A stretch of 64,000 nt of DNA from Octopus sinensis (lineage: Eukaryota): NCBI RefSeq assembly GCF_006345805.1, contig NC_043001.1, positions 89,962,001 through 90,026,000 of the forward strand, in the 5' to 3' direction. The notes beneath the pieces are model-generated. The model did no database searches. It saw nothing but the letters and a program-made list of their open reading frames with translations, and had not been told where the DNA came from. This document shows, piece after piece, positions 13,933 through 27,479 of this stretch (positions within the stretch are counted from its first letter, which is position 1; every line of letters starts with the position of its first letter). The position numbers and the translations under genes are program-made.

Positions 13933-14066
13933 AATGAAATTCTTAAGGAAAAACGATTATCTTCATTATATATTTAAAAATATATTTTGTCAAAGAAAAT
14001 TATTTTTCCTACACGCCCACTCTCACTTACACGCACGTGTACAAAGACATACACGCGTCTACCGAG

Positions 14067-14105
<39 letters not shown>

Positions 14106-15061
14106 CCTAATCGTTTCGAGCGTCATGTAGACCAAATAATGTATCTCAACACTGGTCGTCTATGTTTAAATATTTATCTATAAGGTTTTGCATTCAACAG
14201 CATTGCATTTGTGCGGATAGGCTGGCATCGGAACGTGTTTTTTTTTTTTGCAGACAACCAATACATACAGTTAAAATCGATAGGTCTATGGCAGAGTAAT
14301 TGGAAAATTACCAAAGTCTCGGCATTTCAAGATGTGTGTTCTATAGTACAGCTGATCGACTCTTCATTTCAACAGACGATCGAGAGCAGAGCAGATAGTA
14401 GACCAAGAGAAAGCTAAGAAAAAAATGAGAGGGAGGGGGAGAGGGAGAGAGAGAGAGAGAGAGATAGAGAGGGGAGAGGGAAAGAGAGAAAGAGAGACAG
14501 AATGTGAGAAAGACAAAAGAGAAATCGGAAGGTATATAAGAGATACTAAATTATTAATCGTCGACATTTGAATTCTTTGGTTTGTACATGCATGCACTTT
14601 ACATGTATACACATGTTCAAGTTTAGTATTGATGGTAATAGTGGACGTTGTGATGGTAATAATGGTGGTGGTGGTGGTGGTGGTGGTGGTGGTGGTGGCG
14701 GCGGCGGTGACGGCGGCAGCGGCGGCAGCTGTGTTGCTGTTTGGTTATATCAGCTCTGAAACGATCGGTTATTGGCAAAAGGGACACAGCGATGAGGGAT
14801 AAAAGAAATCACGTATAACGAGGCCGCGAATTGGCGGAGTCATTACAGCGTCGAACAGAGTGCTCTGTGATATTTGCTCCGACACACTGCACACCGAGTT
14901 CAAATCTTACTGAGCTCAACTTTGCCTTTCCTCCTTTCAACGTCGATAAATAAAAAGCTCCAATCCAAGTCAATGTGTGTGTGTGAGAGAGAGAGAGAGT
15001 GTGTGTGCATGAGAGAGAGAGAGGAGAGAGAAAGAGAGAGAGTGTGTGTGTGTGTGTGCAT

Positions 15062-15115
<54 letters not shown>

Positions 15116-15759
15116 TGTGTGTGTATATGTGTATATACATAGTGAAAGAATGATATGGGGAGAGGAAGGGAAAAAGTTCGGCCTCGTCAGCCAAATTGAA
15201 TAGATCCTAGATTCATCAAATTAATGTGTCTCTAGGGAATCATCAGATGGCTGTTAGCATTGATGGTATTACAATGCTGGTTAGTTTGGTTTTCAATAAG
15301 ATTATTATTTAACCCTAGGTTAACCTTGTCTCAGCAGACACATGATCAATGACATTCCGTTTAAGATCATCCTGCACCTTTTCCTTTCTTCAAATTTCTT
15401 GGATTGCGTAACTTCTTTGTTAAGACGCTCCTGACATAATTTGACGATGAGAATATTTAATTGCTGTTTGTAGCAAGTCAAGAGAATGATCTCTTGGCAA
15501 AAACACTCAAAACACATGATCCTGTGTCCCATGCCAGAAACTACAACTGCAATAGCCTAGTCGGGGAGGGGAATGATGGGACAGGAGATGAGAAAGGAGT
15601 TCGCATCGGGCGCCCTTTTTATGGGTGCGACACTTTGGGGTCCGCTATATGAGCATAAACCTGTAATGTGTTTGGGGACCCGATGGCGGACAACAGGCTC
15701 GTGGCATACTCCGGAAGGCACACTCTCTAGCTATGCCACTCAGAACTGGTGTAATTTAA

Positions 15760-15954
15760 ATCTGTTCCGCAACCGTTTTTTTCTTTTTACCTGCGGTACA
15801 CTTATATTCTTTTCAAAATTCGGCGGCACACCTGAACTAAAAATATAACTAAAAGTATAGGGAAAAAAGTTATATTCAGGTTACACTACAACACACACCT
15901 AGCATCATCTCATGGCACACCAGTGTGCCGCAGCATACCAGTTGCGGAGCACTG
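15760..15954. mobile_element. Possible hAT-type MITE
   Basis: Imperfect ends tgttccgcaac ... gttgcggagcactg; internal cggcacac motifs. Confidence 0.4.
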
Positions 15955-16444
15955 ATTTAATGACAAAATAAAGATTATTAAATATAGGCGAAATGTTCGT
16001 TAATCCTCTCTAACGAGGATGTCACCATATTAACATCTCAACAAACATTATATTTGAAATTTATTCATACGTTTTGTACGTAAGCATTGTAAAACATCAG
16101 ATAAGCACAGGGTGAGGTGAATTTGTGACCCTGTTTCGATTCTCGATTGGAACCATATTATTTCAGAACTTCTTTGGGAAAACATGGACGTCTCAACTTT
16201 TTATTTCTCGATTTTGGATTCAAGGAAAGAAAGAAAGAAAGAAACAACAAAGAACAGCCATTAGTACATTTATAAAACAGGAACGTCACAATTCTCTTTC
16301 TCGATTGTAACAAAACTAGGGTTAGGGTTAGGGTTAGGCAACAAACAAAATTTCATTCATAATTTTTTTTTGAATTTCTAAAAAAAAAAACAAAAAAACA
16401 ATGTTAAAGGTTTCTATAGAAATATACATGGCATCGATAATAAC

Positions 16445-16604
16445 GTGGTAAGATGCTTGCTTCCTAACCACATAGTTACGGAATCAGTTCTACTGCGTGG
16501 CACCTTGGGCAAGTGTTTTCTACTTTAGCCTCGGGCCGACTATAGCCTTGTGAGAGGATTTGGTGGACGGAAATTGGAAGGATCCCCTCGTTTATATTAT
16601 AATA

Positions 16605-16681
<77 letters not shown>

Positions 16682-17466
16682 AAGGGTAGGAAAATTTACA
16701 TAAAAAAATCATCATAGAAGATATACGTTCAAAATAATATTGTAGTAAGAGATAAATATATAAAGTATTATTTAGTATATCTTCTGTGATGCTTTTTTCA
16801 TGTAAATTTTTCTGCCCTTACACTACCGTCAGAAATTAATTAGCACCCTTGATTTGCTCACCATGAAGCATGGTGGAAGTGGTCTGATGGTGTGAGGGGC
16901 GTTCAGCTACAGTGGTGTTGGGCGGCTCTATGCCGTCGAAGGCAACATCAACGCAGCAAAGTACGTTGAGATAGTACGGGATACCTCTTTGGTGGCGAGG
17001 AGTACGTGCTGGCCAGTCACCTGACCTGAACCCTATTGAGAACCTCTGGAGTCGATTGGGTAGGGATTTGAATGTGCAGCAATACAGGAACCGACACGAG
17101 CTGTTTGGGGCACTTCTTGCTGCATGAGGGGGCCATCCTGCACAGTACCTGCAGGCACTCATAGACAACATGCCGACCCGCGTAGCAGCTGTCATTGCTG
17201 CCAAAGGAGGTGCAACAAGATATGACTAAATTTCACGATTAATAACAATTATGTGGTGTGCTGGGATATGTTTTAATAAATTTTGATTAAAAACGAGTTC
17301 GTTTCGATAATAAGTTAATTAAATAAGGAAAATGTAAGAAAATGTAGAAATTTGAGAAGTGCTAATTAATTTCGACACAAGTGTACTTTATAATATATAA
17401 TCGCTCTTATTAAATGTGTAAATACCTTAAGGCTTTAGACAGTTCCCTACTAAGAGCACTTATTTG

Positions 17467-17511
<45 letters not shown>

Positions 17512-17832
17512 TATATATGTGTGTGTGGGGTGGGTGGGTGGGGGTGGGGGTGTATACATACATATACATATATACACACACATATATATATATGTATGTG
17601 TGTGTGTCTATGTGTATGCGTGTTTGCGCACGCACATCTTTGTGCCTGTTTCCCACTACCGCTTGACAACCCGTGTTGGTGTGTTTATCTGTAGCCTAGC
17701 GGTTCGGCAAAAGAGTCCGACAGAATAAGTACCAGGCTTAGCAAAAAAATTAAGTACTGGGTTCGATTCATTCGGCTGGCGATGCCCTAGCATTGCCACA
17801 GTCAAATGACTGAAACAAGTAAAAGATTAAAA
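16445..17832 (+). mobile_element. SINE family C, interrupted by nested insertions in its internal (TA)n
   Basis: Head at 16445-16592 (gtggtaagatgcttgc...ctgcgtggcaccttgggcaagtg); tail at 17640-17832 (gcttgacaacc...gtcaaatgactgaaacaagtaaaag). Confidence 0.75.
16821..17383 (+). mobile_element. Internally deleted Tc1-family DNA transposon
   Basis: TA-flanked TIRs cact..gtc.gaaattaattagcac at both ends; transposase motifs TMKHGGSGLMV*GAFS and QSPDLNPIENLW. Confidence 0.9.
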
Positions 17833-17943
17833 AATTGATATATGTTTACGCTTTATTTTTTATAGACAGCATGATCTAAGCCATTACTTGTATGCTTACG
17901 AAACATCAAATGCCCGTCTGCATGCAATTTTGCGAGTTAAAAC

Positions 17944-18572
17944 TTATATGTGCGTATATAAACTTTTTTTAATACTTGACTCAGACCACACGACTTTTTT
18001 CTTTTTACTGAATACGTTATATTGAATTTGTAATTTACTATTGGTTCTGGAACAAAATGCAATATCATTGGCGCAAAAATATTTCCAAATTTCCAAGAAA
18101 CTAACCCTCTTATCTAGTTTTATATCCACCTCCCTTACACCAGTAAAGAATATTCACTTTCAGCACACGCTGCTCCGTTGAATTTCCTTGAAGTAATGTA
18201 TGCTGTATGCGTCAGTAACAAACGATCTATTTAAAACTTTTGGATAGATATTCATGGCAAACTGTAAAATCTCAACAGAATTCTAGACAAAAGAGTTGGT
18301 AAACTGCTTTGATGTGTCTCAAGAACATTTCATCAATTCAACAAATGCTTCAGCTTGTTCTTTCAGTTTTAAAAGAAACGTATACAAACACAATACAATG
18401 GGTTTGGAAAAATTACGGAACACCGGATCGAATAAAGCTAAATAGTACGATATGTATCCATTTTCGATAAAGAATACCACTTAATGTGAGAATGTGTTTT
18501 TGATGTATTCAGGTTGAAATCGTTGAAAAGGTAATAGAAGCTGTCTCATAAGTCTCGCTTCTTGTTGCTTAT
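17944..18572 (-). pseudogene. Duplicate of the 21.1 kb exon start, followed by a degraded coding-like stretch
   Basis: Acceptor ttcttccag, then ISNKKRDL*DSFYYLFNDFNLNT. 18500-18720 is visibly similar to 21055-21220. One frame from 18572 to 17944 has only about 5 internal stops over ~210 codons. Confidence 0.45.
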
Positions 18573-19159
18573 CTGGAAGAATATCACAAAATTTTGTTAG
18601 TTGTTTGACCTTGCTCTACATTACTCAAAACAATAAATAGAATTTAAGCCTATTTCTGTTAACATGATAGGTTCTAGTAAGGGTCTCTTTAGACTATTTG
18701 ATTACGAATAGTTAAGTGGATGATAAACTTAATGTAATGAACCCCAACATTATTATCAATAGAACGAGTTGTATAGTTGTTAGAGCGTCGGATAGATTGG
18801 TCTGTGGCATTTTGTTTGGAATTTACGCGTTCTGAGTTCAAATCGTGCTGAGGTTAAACTTCGCTTTTCATCTTTTCGTGGTCGATAAATAAAATACCAG
18901 TCCTGAGTGGTCTTTTGGCAGAATTATTAGAGAGTCGGGCAAGACGCCTTACAGTATCTGTTTCGGCTTTTTGCATCCCGAGTTCAAATCTCGATCACTG
19001 TAGTCAACAAAAAAAAAAAAAGAAAGAAAGAAAAAGAGGAAAATTTCTGTCAGGAATCGTGACCGAGAGATTGTACCAGACGCTCGAAACATCAATGGAA
19101 ACATAATTTCCTTGGTTTGCTGGGAAGATCGGTTACCACCACCATAGAATTACACTTGT

Positions 19160-20100
19160 AATAATAGTTTCAAATTTTTCCACAAGGGGAGCAATTTTGT
19201 GGGAGAGGATGTGTCGATTATATTCAACTGGTCCTTATTCTATCGACACCGAAAGGATGGCAAGCAAAGTCGACCTCGGCGGAATTTGAACTCAGAACCT
19301 AGCGACAGGCGAAATACCTATTTCTTTACTACCCACAAGGGGCTAAACACAGAGGGGACAAACAAGGATAGACAAACGGATTAAGTCGATTACATTGACC
19401 CCAGTGCGTAACTGGTACCTAATTTATCGACCCCGAAAGGATGAAAGGCAAAGTCGACCTCGGCGGAATTTGAACTCAGAACGTAACAGCAGACGAAATA
19501 CCGCTAAGCATTTCGTCCAGCGCGCTAACGATTTATTTACACCTATAATAATAATAATTCATCCTAATTTTGGCACACGGCCAGCCATTTTAAGCGAGGT
19601 GTAAGTCGATTACACTAATTCTAGTGTTCAACTGGTATTTATTAATCGATCTTGAAAGGATGAAAAGAAAAGCTGACCTCGGCGGAATTCGGATTCGAAC
19701 ATAAAAGCCGCACGAAATGCCGCTACTTATTTTGTCCAGCGTGCTAACGTATCTGCCAACTCAGTGCCTTAATAATAATAACGATAATCCTTTTATTATA
19801 GGCACAGGGCCTGAGATTTTGCAGAGGGATCTAGTCAATAACATTGACTCCAGTGCTCAACTGGTACTGATTTCATCGATCCTGAAAGAAAGAAATGAAA
19901 GACAAAATCGATCTCGGCGGAATTTGATTCAGAAGGCAAAGACAGACGAAATGCCGCTTAACATTTTATCCGGCACGCTAACCGATCCTACTAGCTCGCC
20001 AGCTCGCCATCTTAATAATATTAATAATAACGGTTTCAAATTTTTGACACAAGGCCAGCAGATTGGGGTAGGAGCTAAGTCGATTACATCGACCCCAGTA
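19160..20100 (-). mobile_element. Cluster of SINE family B copies, including a fixed-junction dimer
   Basis: Repeated gaaaggatgaaaggcaaagtcgacctcggcggaatttgaactcagaac; junction gaaatacctatttc at ~19311. Confidence 0.85.
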
Positions 20101-20104
20101 CTTA

Positions 20105-20204
20105 AGTGGATTTCGTAGAGGAAAAATGAAAGAAGCCCGTCGTATATATATGTATATATATATATATTATCTATATATATATATATATTATATATATTAT
20201 ATAT

Positions 20205-20263
<59 letters not shown>

Positions 20264-20465
20264 TGTATGTATGTTTTTGTCCCCCCAACGTCACTTGATT
20301 ACCGATGCTGCTGGTGTGTTTACGTCCCCATAACTTAGTGGTTCGGCAAAAGAGACGATAGGATAAGTACTAGAATAAGTCTTGGGGTTGATTTGCTCGA
20401 CTAAAGGCAGTGCTCCAGCATGGCCACAGTCAATAATTGAAACAAGTAAAAAGAATAAAAGAATA
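20105..20465 (+). mobile_element. SINE family C, 5'-truncated
   Basis: gtggatttcgtagaggaaaaatgaaagaagcccgtcg-(TA)n/(TATG)n-...gctccagcatggccacagtc...aacaagtaaaaagaat. Confidence 0.8.
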
Positions 20466-20492
20466 TAATTCGGAGTGAGTGATTTTATGATA

Positions 20493-20524
<32 letters not shown>

Positions 20525-20924
20525 TATATATATATTATATTTAAAGAGTGTGTCTTATTTGCTATCAAATGCCGTAATAATGGTCAAAGAATAAAAAAAG
20601 AAACAACACGTAATTGAAAAAAATATGAGTAGAAGTAAAGGTTGTGAATTTGATTCCTAGGTTACGTTGTTGTGTTCTTAAGAAAGACATTTTACTTCAC
20701 TGTGTTCTTAAGCAGAGCATTTTACTTCACTGAAAATCAGTATCAGTAGCTACTGGCGGTTAACTCTGCGATGAGCAGGCGTTCTGTTCAAGGGTAAAAT
20801 TTTGTACTCTAAGTAATTTACATTCCTTAGAAACTGGGACAAACTCCGGTTTAATGAGTTAGTGGGTTCGAGATAGACTTTAAATTAAATTAAATTTTAA
20901 AAATTAATTTAAATTTAAAAAAAT

Positions 20925-21121
20925 TTTCTGTGGCCAGGTAGTAGAGCGTGATGTTTGATGTTAGGTAAGAAGAGACAATTCCATACATGTTTTGGTATTA
21001 TTAGAGTTCCTCAGCGGAGTCAAGTTTTTGTCAATACTTGCCATGCTGACGTTGTATTTGGGTCAATATCGTTGAGAAGATAATAGAAGTTATCTCATAG
21101 GTCTCGCTTACTGTTGCTTAT
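20925..21121 (-). pseudogene. Degraded death-domain-like exon, paralog of the 38.55-38.86 kb exon
   Basis: Acceptor ttttctttcag, then ISNSKRDL*DNFYYLLNDIDPNTTSAWQVLTKT*L-(fs)-AEEL...TKTCMELSLLT*HQTSRSTTW. WQVLTKT*LxAEEL aligns with WRVIKTGLIAAEL of the 38.6 kb exon. Confidence 0.5.
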
Positions 21122-22492
21122 CTGAAAGAAAATCACAAAATTTAATCCGTTGTTGAGCTTGCTCTACACTAATCAAAACAAGAAATACAAATCAGAACCT
21201 AAGGTTCCCTTAAGACTATAAGCTGAGTTGTGAAGAAGGTTGAATGAATAATTGATTTTCACGTGATTTAACATTGAATGAAATGAAGTAAATAGTTAAT
21301 ATATATGTGATTCTAATGAATATAATTATTATAAATATAAATAACTGGTTTTGAAAAGTTAATAGGAATTCAAAAACTCTCAAGTTTATGTACAGCTCCT
21401 TTTCCGTAGAAAAATAAAAGGTGTAAGTATTTATCTGGCTATATTGATTCCAATATCTACTTGGTATTTCATTGATCCCGTACTGATAATACTAAAGCAG
21501 ATACCATCGCCGGTGGGGTTCAAACATAGGGACATCAAAGCAGAGAATAAGAGATTGCAAAGAATTATGTGTATAATATCCAACTTTCTGGACTACTACG
21601 TCTCTCTCAAAGTATTTATATAATAATATTGATTTTTCTTCATCGTGTACTAATTTTATAATTGCACTATAATTAATACTGTTCGCATCTGACTAAAATT
21701 CATAAGAATAAAAGTCCTCTTTGTGCATCGAAATGGGAATATAATTTCATTTTATACAGATTACAATGACATTTTGAAATATATTTTCAAGTTGAAACAG
21801 TTTGAATTCATAAATTTTTCATGTTCCCATGGTAGAATTTAATGTCTAGAAAATGTCCAAATTGACAAAGTAGTTTTTTTTCCTTTAATTATGGATATTT
21901 TAATTATTTACAAAGATTTGAGTCGCTATTTTCCTGTACTAAAAGTTCTTTTTATTGTAGTGCTAAAAGTTCTTTTTATCATAAGACGTGCGAGAGGGGT
22001 GTTGAGCTGGCAGTATAGTTGGTGCGTCGGAAAAAATGCATTGCAGTTTTTATTCTCGCCGTGGTCAGCTGTGCCTTATCTTTTTGGCGAATTGATGAAA
22101 TAAAGTACAAGTCACGTAATGAGGCACGAGGCCATCGACTTTCCTCAAAATTGTTGGCCTCTTGCTGAAATCAGAAACTATTATAAGACATATGACATAC
22201 ATCAGAGTGAAGTTGCAAGCTAGCCTAGTTGTTAACACTTATTTCAATTCTCGGTAGGTGCCTCGCAATTTCTCGGCATGTAGTTGACGCCTTCGAGATC
22301 TCACAACGGTCTTTTTAATAAATTTGAGATCTTTTGTGTATCCTACAAATCAACGCTTCTCAATGTAGGCGGTGGTAAATTTTATATGATCACTGTGGAC
22401 AAAGCGGGGTAGCGGTAGGGAGATAGACATATCTATTAATTGTCCTGATTTTTAAAAGTAGCTTTCAAATTTTTATTCTACTTATCCAAAGA

Positions 22493-22601
22493 AAGCGGCG
22501 AGCTGGTGGGATCATTAGCACGCCCTGCAAAATACTTAGCAGCGTTTCGCCGAGGTCGACTCTGCTTTTCATCTTTTCGGGGTCAATAAAATAAGTGCCA
22601 G
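22493..22601 (+). mobile_element. SINE family B fragment
   Basis: gcggcgagctggtgg...gccgaggtcgactctgcttttcatcttttcggggtc. Confidence 0.7.
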
Positions 22602-22854
22602 CACCTAAAATTCTAGTAACCAATTTAGCCTTCAACCACTTGTGTATAAGGCGCCGATACTTAAACGTCACCACTTGCTTCAGTGTACACAGCAAAATCT
22701 AATTCTTCCACCTTTGTATTTTATTCGCAAAGAATCTAAATTGTATTTAAAATATGTACTAAAATTCCTAACATATAAACGAATTTTTGGTTGAAATATA
22801 TAATAGTTTGAAAAACTGTCTTTCATCTCCAGCCTGTTTGATGTTTTGACTTAC

Positions 22855-25136
22855 AGAAGGACTTGTACGTTCACAATAGCTGGCAAAGTTTAAATTGTTG
22901 GCAAAAGGCGAAATAAAAATAAAAATATAGTAAAAATACAATAGAACTTTCAAAGCTCGGGCAAACTGAAAAGGTGCCAACTTCATTATACATACTCGTT
23001 TACTGGCAATGTGTAACAAAAGGTTATATTATTGTAATGTTCCCTTTTAAATCAAGGTTTACAAAGATACAAATACACATTTCAGAAAAATATATAGCGT
23101 ATATTTCCAATTGCTATTAATAATCTGCAAGCAAGCTAATTTATTTTCAATGTCATATAGATCATATTCGGGTGATTTTCAGGTGAAAGATTTATACTAG
23201 ACTGTTTATCATTAAGATAAGTTTGCAGACATGTTAAATTGATCGCAATCTGAATGAGTAAAACCGAAAGAATAAGTAAGACGAAGAGCCGGTCCAAGGT
23301 ATCTGAGAAATTAAATTGACATGAGATGGCGCGGTGAGATTAGAACAGTTTGAACCGAAGAAATATGTACCAGCAAAGTACTAGGGTAAATTTGTAAAGA
23401 GCAGCCGTCACCAGCAAACGAGTATGGTTTGGTAATATGTACCCTGCTCTCGCTAATTGTCTTAGGTACCTGTGTAGTAGCCAGCAGGTATTGACTCCCT
23501 CTCGACTCTCATATCATTTAACCTAGCGGCACATTCAGGATATGACAGCCGCAGGGAGAAAGAAAGTAGGAAAGAAAGGAAAAAGAGAATGAGAATGACG
23601 GGTGTCAGAACTGGGCTAGTATTCATTTTCTACTGAATAAATTGGAGCGATATGAAATGAAGAGACTTGCTGAAGGACACAACGCAACGCTCGGTCAAGA
23701 AACTGAATCCACAATATGATTGTGACCCGAACACCCTAGTTTTTAGGCCATATGCCTTCACATGAGAGTCAATCATGTGCTTGGTGTTATAATTACCCCC
23801 TTTAACCAAGGGAAAAAGAAAGGTCAAATTGAAAAGTTTGAAAGAAAAAGGAAAACAGAAAAGAAAAAAAGAAGCCAAGCTAGAAACAGCAATCTTGACG
23901 ATATTCTTGGTAAGAACTGAAACTGGAACTCGCAATAATTTCCTCGCAATGAAGAATAAGTTCAACGTGCATGAAGGTTGAAATTAGTTGCGTTTAGCTT
24001 CTTCATCTTACTTCCTTTGACTCTGTGTGGAGCACAGGGTGCCAAAAAGAGATCTCCATTTGTCTTGATATTTGGTAGTGGATTGAAGTTGACTTCAAGT
24101 GCGACCACCTGCCGATGCTTCAGTTTCTGTGGACATTCTCTTTGTTTTTAGTCTGCCATGATTCTGTCTTCCTTGTGGTGTTCCTCAGAGGGCTTGCCTC
24201 GTATGTTGGAAACAGATTTCCGTCCCTTCGTTTTTCACTATATTGCGTGATATACTCTCTCTACGACTGTATATGTTCTCTCGTCGTTTGTGTAGCAATG
24301 TAGAAAATTTATTGTGCAGAGTTGCTAACCCTATGCTTATTAACCTCCTCCTTTATCAACCAAGATAGGGACCGGCTATAGAGATATTAGGTTGAGGTAA
24401 AGCAGAGCATGTTGACTTACAACAATATGCCTTTAAGATAGTGGTGTATCTCAGTCGTTCAACGATGTGGATTCAATTGTTCGATCAAGTAAATAACCTG
24501 CCCCTGGCCGAGTATTCCACTGACATGTGTACCGTTAATGTAATTCTCAGGCAGAACCAGCGTCTACAATACAGTTTCCGTGTTGTCACTTTTATTATGA
24601 GATAAGAGTCAAACCGAAGCTGCGCAAAATGATGTTCACCCAAGATGTCATACAGTGAGATCTAACCAGTGAAGCAAACTTCTGAAACCATTTGGCCGAA
24701 ATACATTTACAAACTGTTAACAACAAAGTTATAAATAGAAATATATGGAGATTGTCACTATTCATAAACCAAAGTGTACAACTAGAAAAGCATTTACAGG
24801 ATGCTATAAATGGACAAAGGTAAATTCTCAAGACGTAAATGAAAATATGTCCAGATATAGATGTCAATGTATGTAACGGAGAAAGGGCAAAGCATTGGAA
24901 ATAGCGCTATTACTAATGTATGTGGTTCCTAAGATAGACTGAAGACAAAAGCATGTAGCAAACATAAAAACAATTTGCAAAATGAATATTGAAGTCAATT
25001 TTAAGGATATTTATTATCCTTCTTTTCTTGGGTTTTCTCTTTCTGATAGAGCCGTAGGATACCGTCGTGACATACGGAGTGTTTTGGGCATTTTAAAAAC
25101 CTGGTGCAACATATCCCGTTCCTGGTATGGACATCG
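22855..25136 (-). pseudogene. Candidate upstream exons of a second TNFR-like copy
   Basis: Exon 25136-25076 (cag|C GAT...TCC|gtatgt) encodes DVHTRNGICCTRFLKCPKHS, a CC-x4-KCP pattern resembling the start of a TNFR Cys-rich domain. A second acceptor lies at 24713. Micro-exon 22879-22855 (YCERTSPS|gtaagt) ends in phase 0, matching the 21121 exon. Confidence 0.35.
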
Positions 25137-25595
25137 CTGATTTGTTTCAGAGAGAAACAAGATCGTGAAAAAGAAAGGCAGCGAGAGACAGAGAGAAAGG
25201 GAAAAGAAGAAGAAAAAGGAAGAAGGAAAGGAGGAGGAATAAGAAGAAAAGAAAGAAGAAAAGGAGGAAGAAGAAAGAAGAGAATGTAAAGAAGAAAGGA
25301 GGAACAAGACGATGAAAACAAGGAAGAAAAGGGAGAGGACGAGGAAAAAGAAAAGGATGAGAGGGAGAGAAGAAAAAAGAAAAAGGAAAGAAAGAAATTG
25401 GGAGAAGAAATGAAGACGAAGAAAAGGAAATGAAGGAAGCAGCGGAAGAAGAAGAAGAAGAAGAAGAAGAAGAAGAAGAAGAAGAAGAAGAAGAAGAAGA
25501 AGAAGAAGAAGAAGAAGCGGAAGAAGAAGAAATAGAAGAAGACGAAGACGAACCAGAAGAAGACGAACATACACACACACACGCGGGCGCACGCG

Positions 25596-25649
<54 letters not shown>

Positions 25650-25652
<3 letters not shown>

Positions 25653-25910
25653 GGGGCCGCTGAAAAGTTCTTGGCTTTGGGTAAAAGAAAATACAGCAAG
25701 ATCAGTGTTAATTGTGATTTTATTCAACCTATTAGCTACTCAGATTCACACAGTTGTTGTAGTGATCCCTGAGTTTTTTGTTATGCCCAGTAAAAGAACT
25801 CGGAAGGCTGGACCGGCCTCCAGCCAGGCGTTTTGCGACATTTGAAGGAATCAGCTCGAGTACTTTTAGTCTAACTAAGCCTGAGACAGTGGAAGACAAG
25901 CAGGCACAAA
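25650..25910. mobile_element. Mariner-like terminal fragment
   Basis: Starts aggggccgctgaaaagttc, resembling a mariner TIR; no partner TIR seen. Confidence 0.4.
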
Positions 25911-25916
25911 CACTCA

Positions 25917-25976
<60 letters not shown>

Positions 25977-26271
25977 ATACATACACACATCTATATACAT
26001 ATGTATATATATATATATATATATATCGAAATTTGCTATGATGGTTCGGTGTCTGACTGAAGATTGAAGGCTTCGAATGATTTGTCTGTGTTCGTGTTCG
26101 TCCTTTCTGTGTTTCACGTTCATTATATATAAAAACATTCATCATTATATATATATATATATATACATACAAATATGTGTGTATATATATATATAACTGC
26201 ATATGTATATATACATGTACATGTATGTATGCATCTGTATATATTATATATAGATATACATGTACATATAC

Positions 26272-26333
<62 letters not shown>

Positions 26334-26786
26334 TATGTGTATATCTATGTATATTTGTATATATATATTTACACACACACACACAGGCACGCGCGCACGC
26401 ACGCACACACGCACACAATTCTCATTCTTTTCCACTTCCACGTAAAAGGCAAAGTTCAAAGCGTGGAAGCAAAACGATCGATTATACTATTCCAATTTGA
26501 TATCGTCGATCGAATCCAATCATTCATTGATAAGAGAATATTGATCAGATAATCGGCTTTAGCTGGCAAGCAAATACAATTTCCGCCGTATTTCTGGATC
26601 ATTACCGCAGGGTTGGCGTAGATAGATATGCGTATATTGCAGTGTGTGTAGAGGCGTCTGTGTGTAGATCCATAAGTACATACACGCACTGATGTGCATC
26701 ATAAGTAATTTCTGTAGTAGAGTGTACAATTTGTGTAAATGCACTTTATGCACATAGTCATGAATGACTGGTATATATAACGTGTG

Positions 26787-26841
<55 letters not shown>

Positions 26842-26892
26842 ATATATATAGATATTATATTATTGGTGTATATATATATATATATATATATT

Positions 26893-26943
<51 letters not shown>

Positions 26944-26983
26944 ATAGATATATATATGTGTGTGTGTTAATATATTATGTATA

Positions 26984-27041
<58 letters not shown>

Positions 27042-27479
27042 TTCAACAATTGAGGGTAAATTAATTAATTAATCAATTTCACCAAGTATTCAGTATGCAA
27101 AGGGACCCTTTAAGGCGAATTCAAATTATTACATATATAAAAGGGCTTAGTAAAATAAATTACTTTGCCGCATACTGAACTCATTAGAAATAGCAGCTAA
27201 AAAAACTTTTTTAAACTATTTCTAATACTAAAGAAAACCTCTATCATAGTGTTGCTCAATTCAACTCACGAAAGTATGTGGGGTAAAGACATTAAAAAAT
27301 CAAATGCAAAGGTTATTTCTTTAAGTATTAGAAATAGTTTTAAAAAAGTTTTTTTAGCTGCTATTTCTAATGAGTTCAGTATGCGGCAAAGTAATTTATT
27401 TTACTAAGCCCTTTTATATAATATATATTATATATATATATATATATTATCTATATATATGTATATGTATGCGTATATA

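Noticed and set aside
16316-16338. (TTAGGG)3-4, and degenerate (CCTAAC) at ~59097-59147
   Set aside because: Too short to call interstitial telomeres; such tracts are common inside repeats.
18530-18572. DKQQEARLMRQLL read as a nicotinic/chemotactile receptor N-terminal helix
   Set aside because: The duplicate at 21.1 kb has stops in that frame, synonymous changes favour another frame, and no Cys-loop exons were found.
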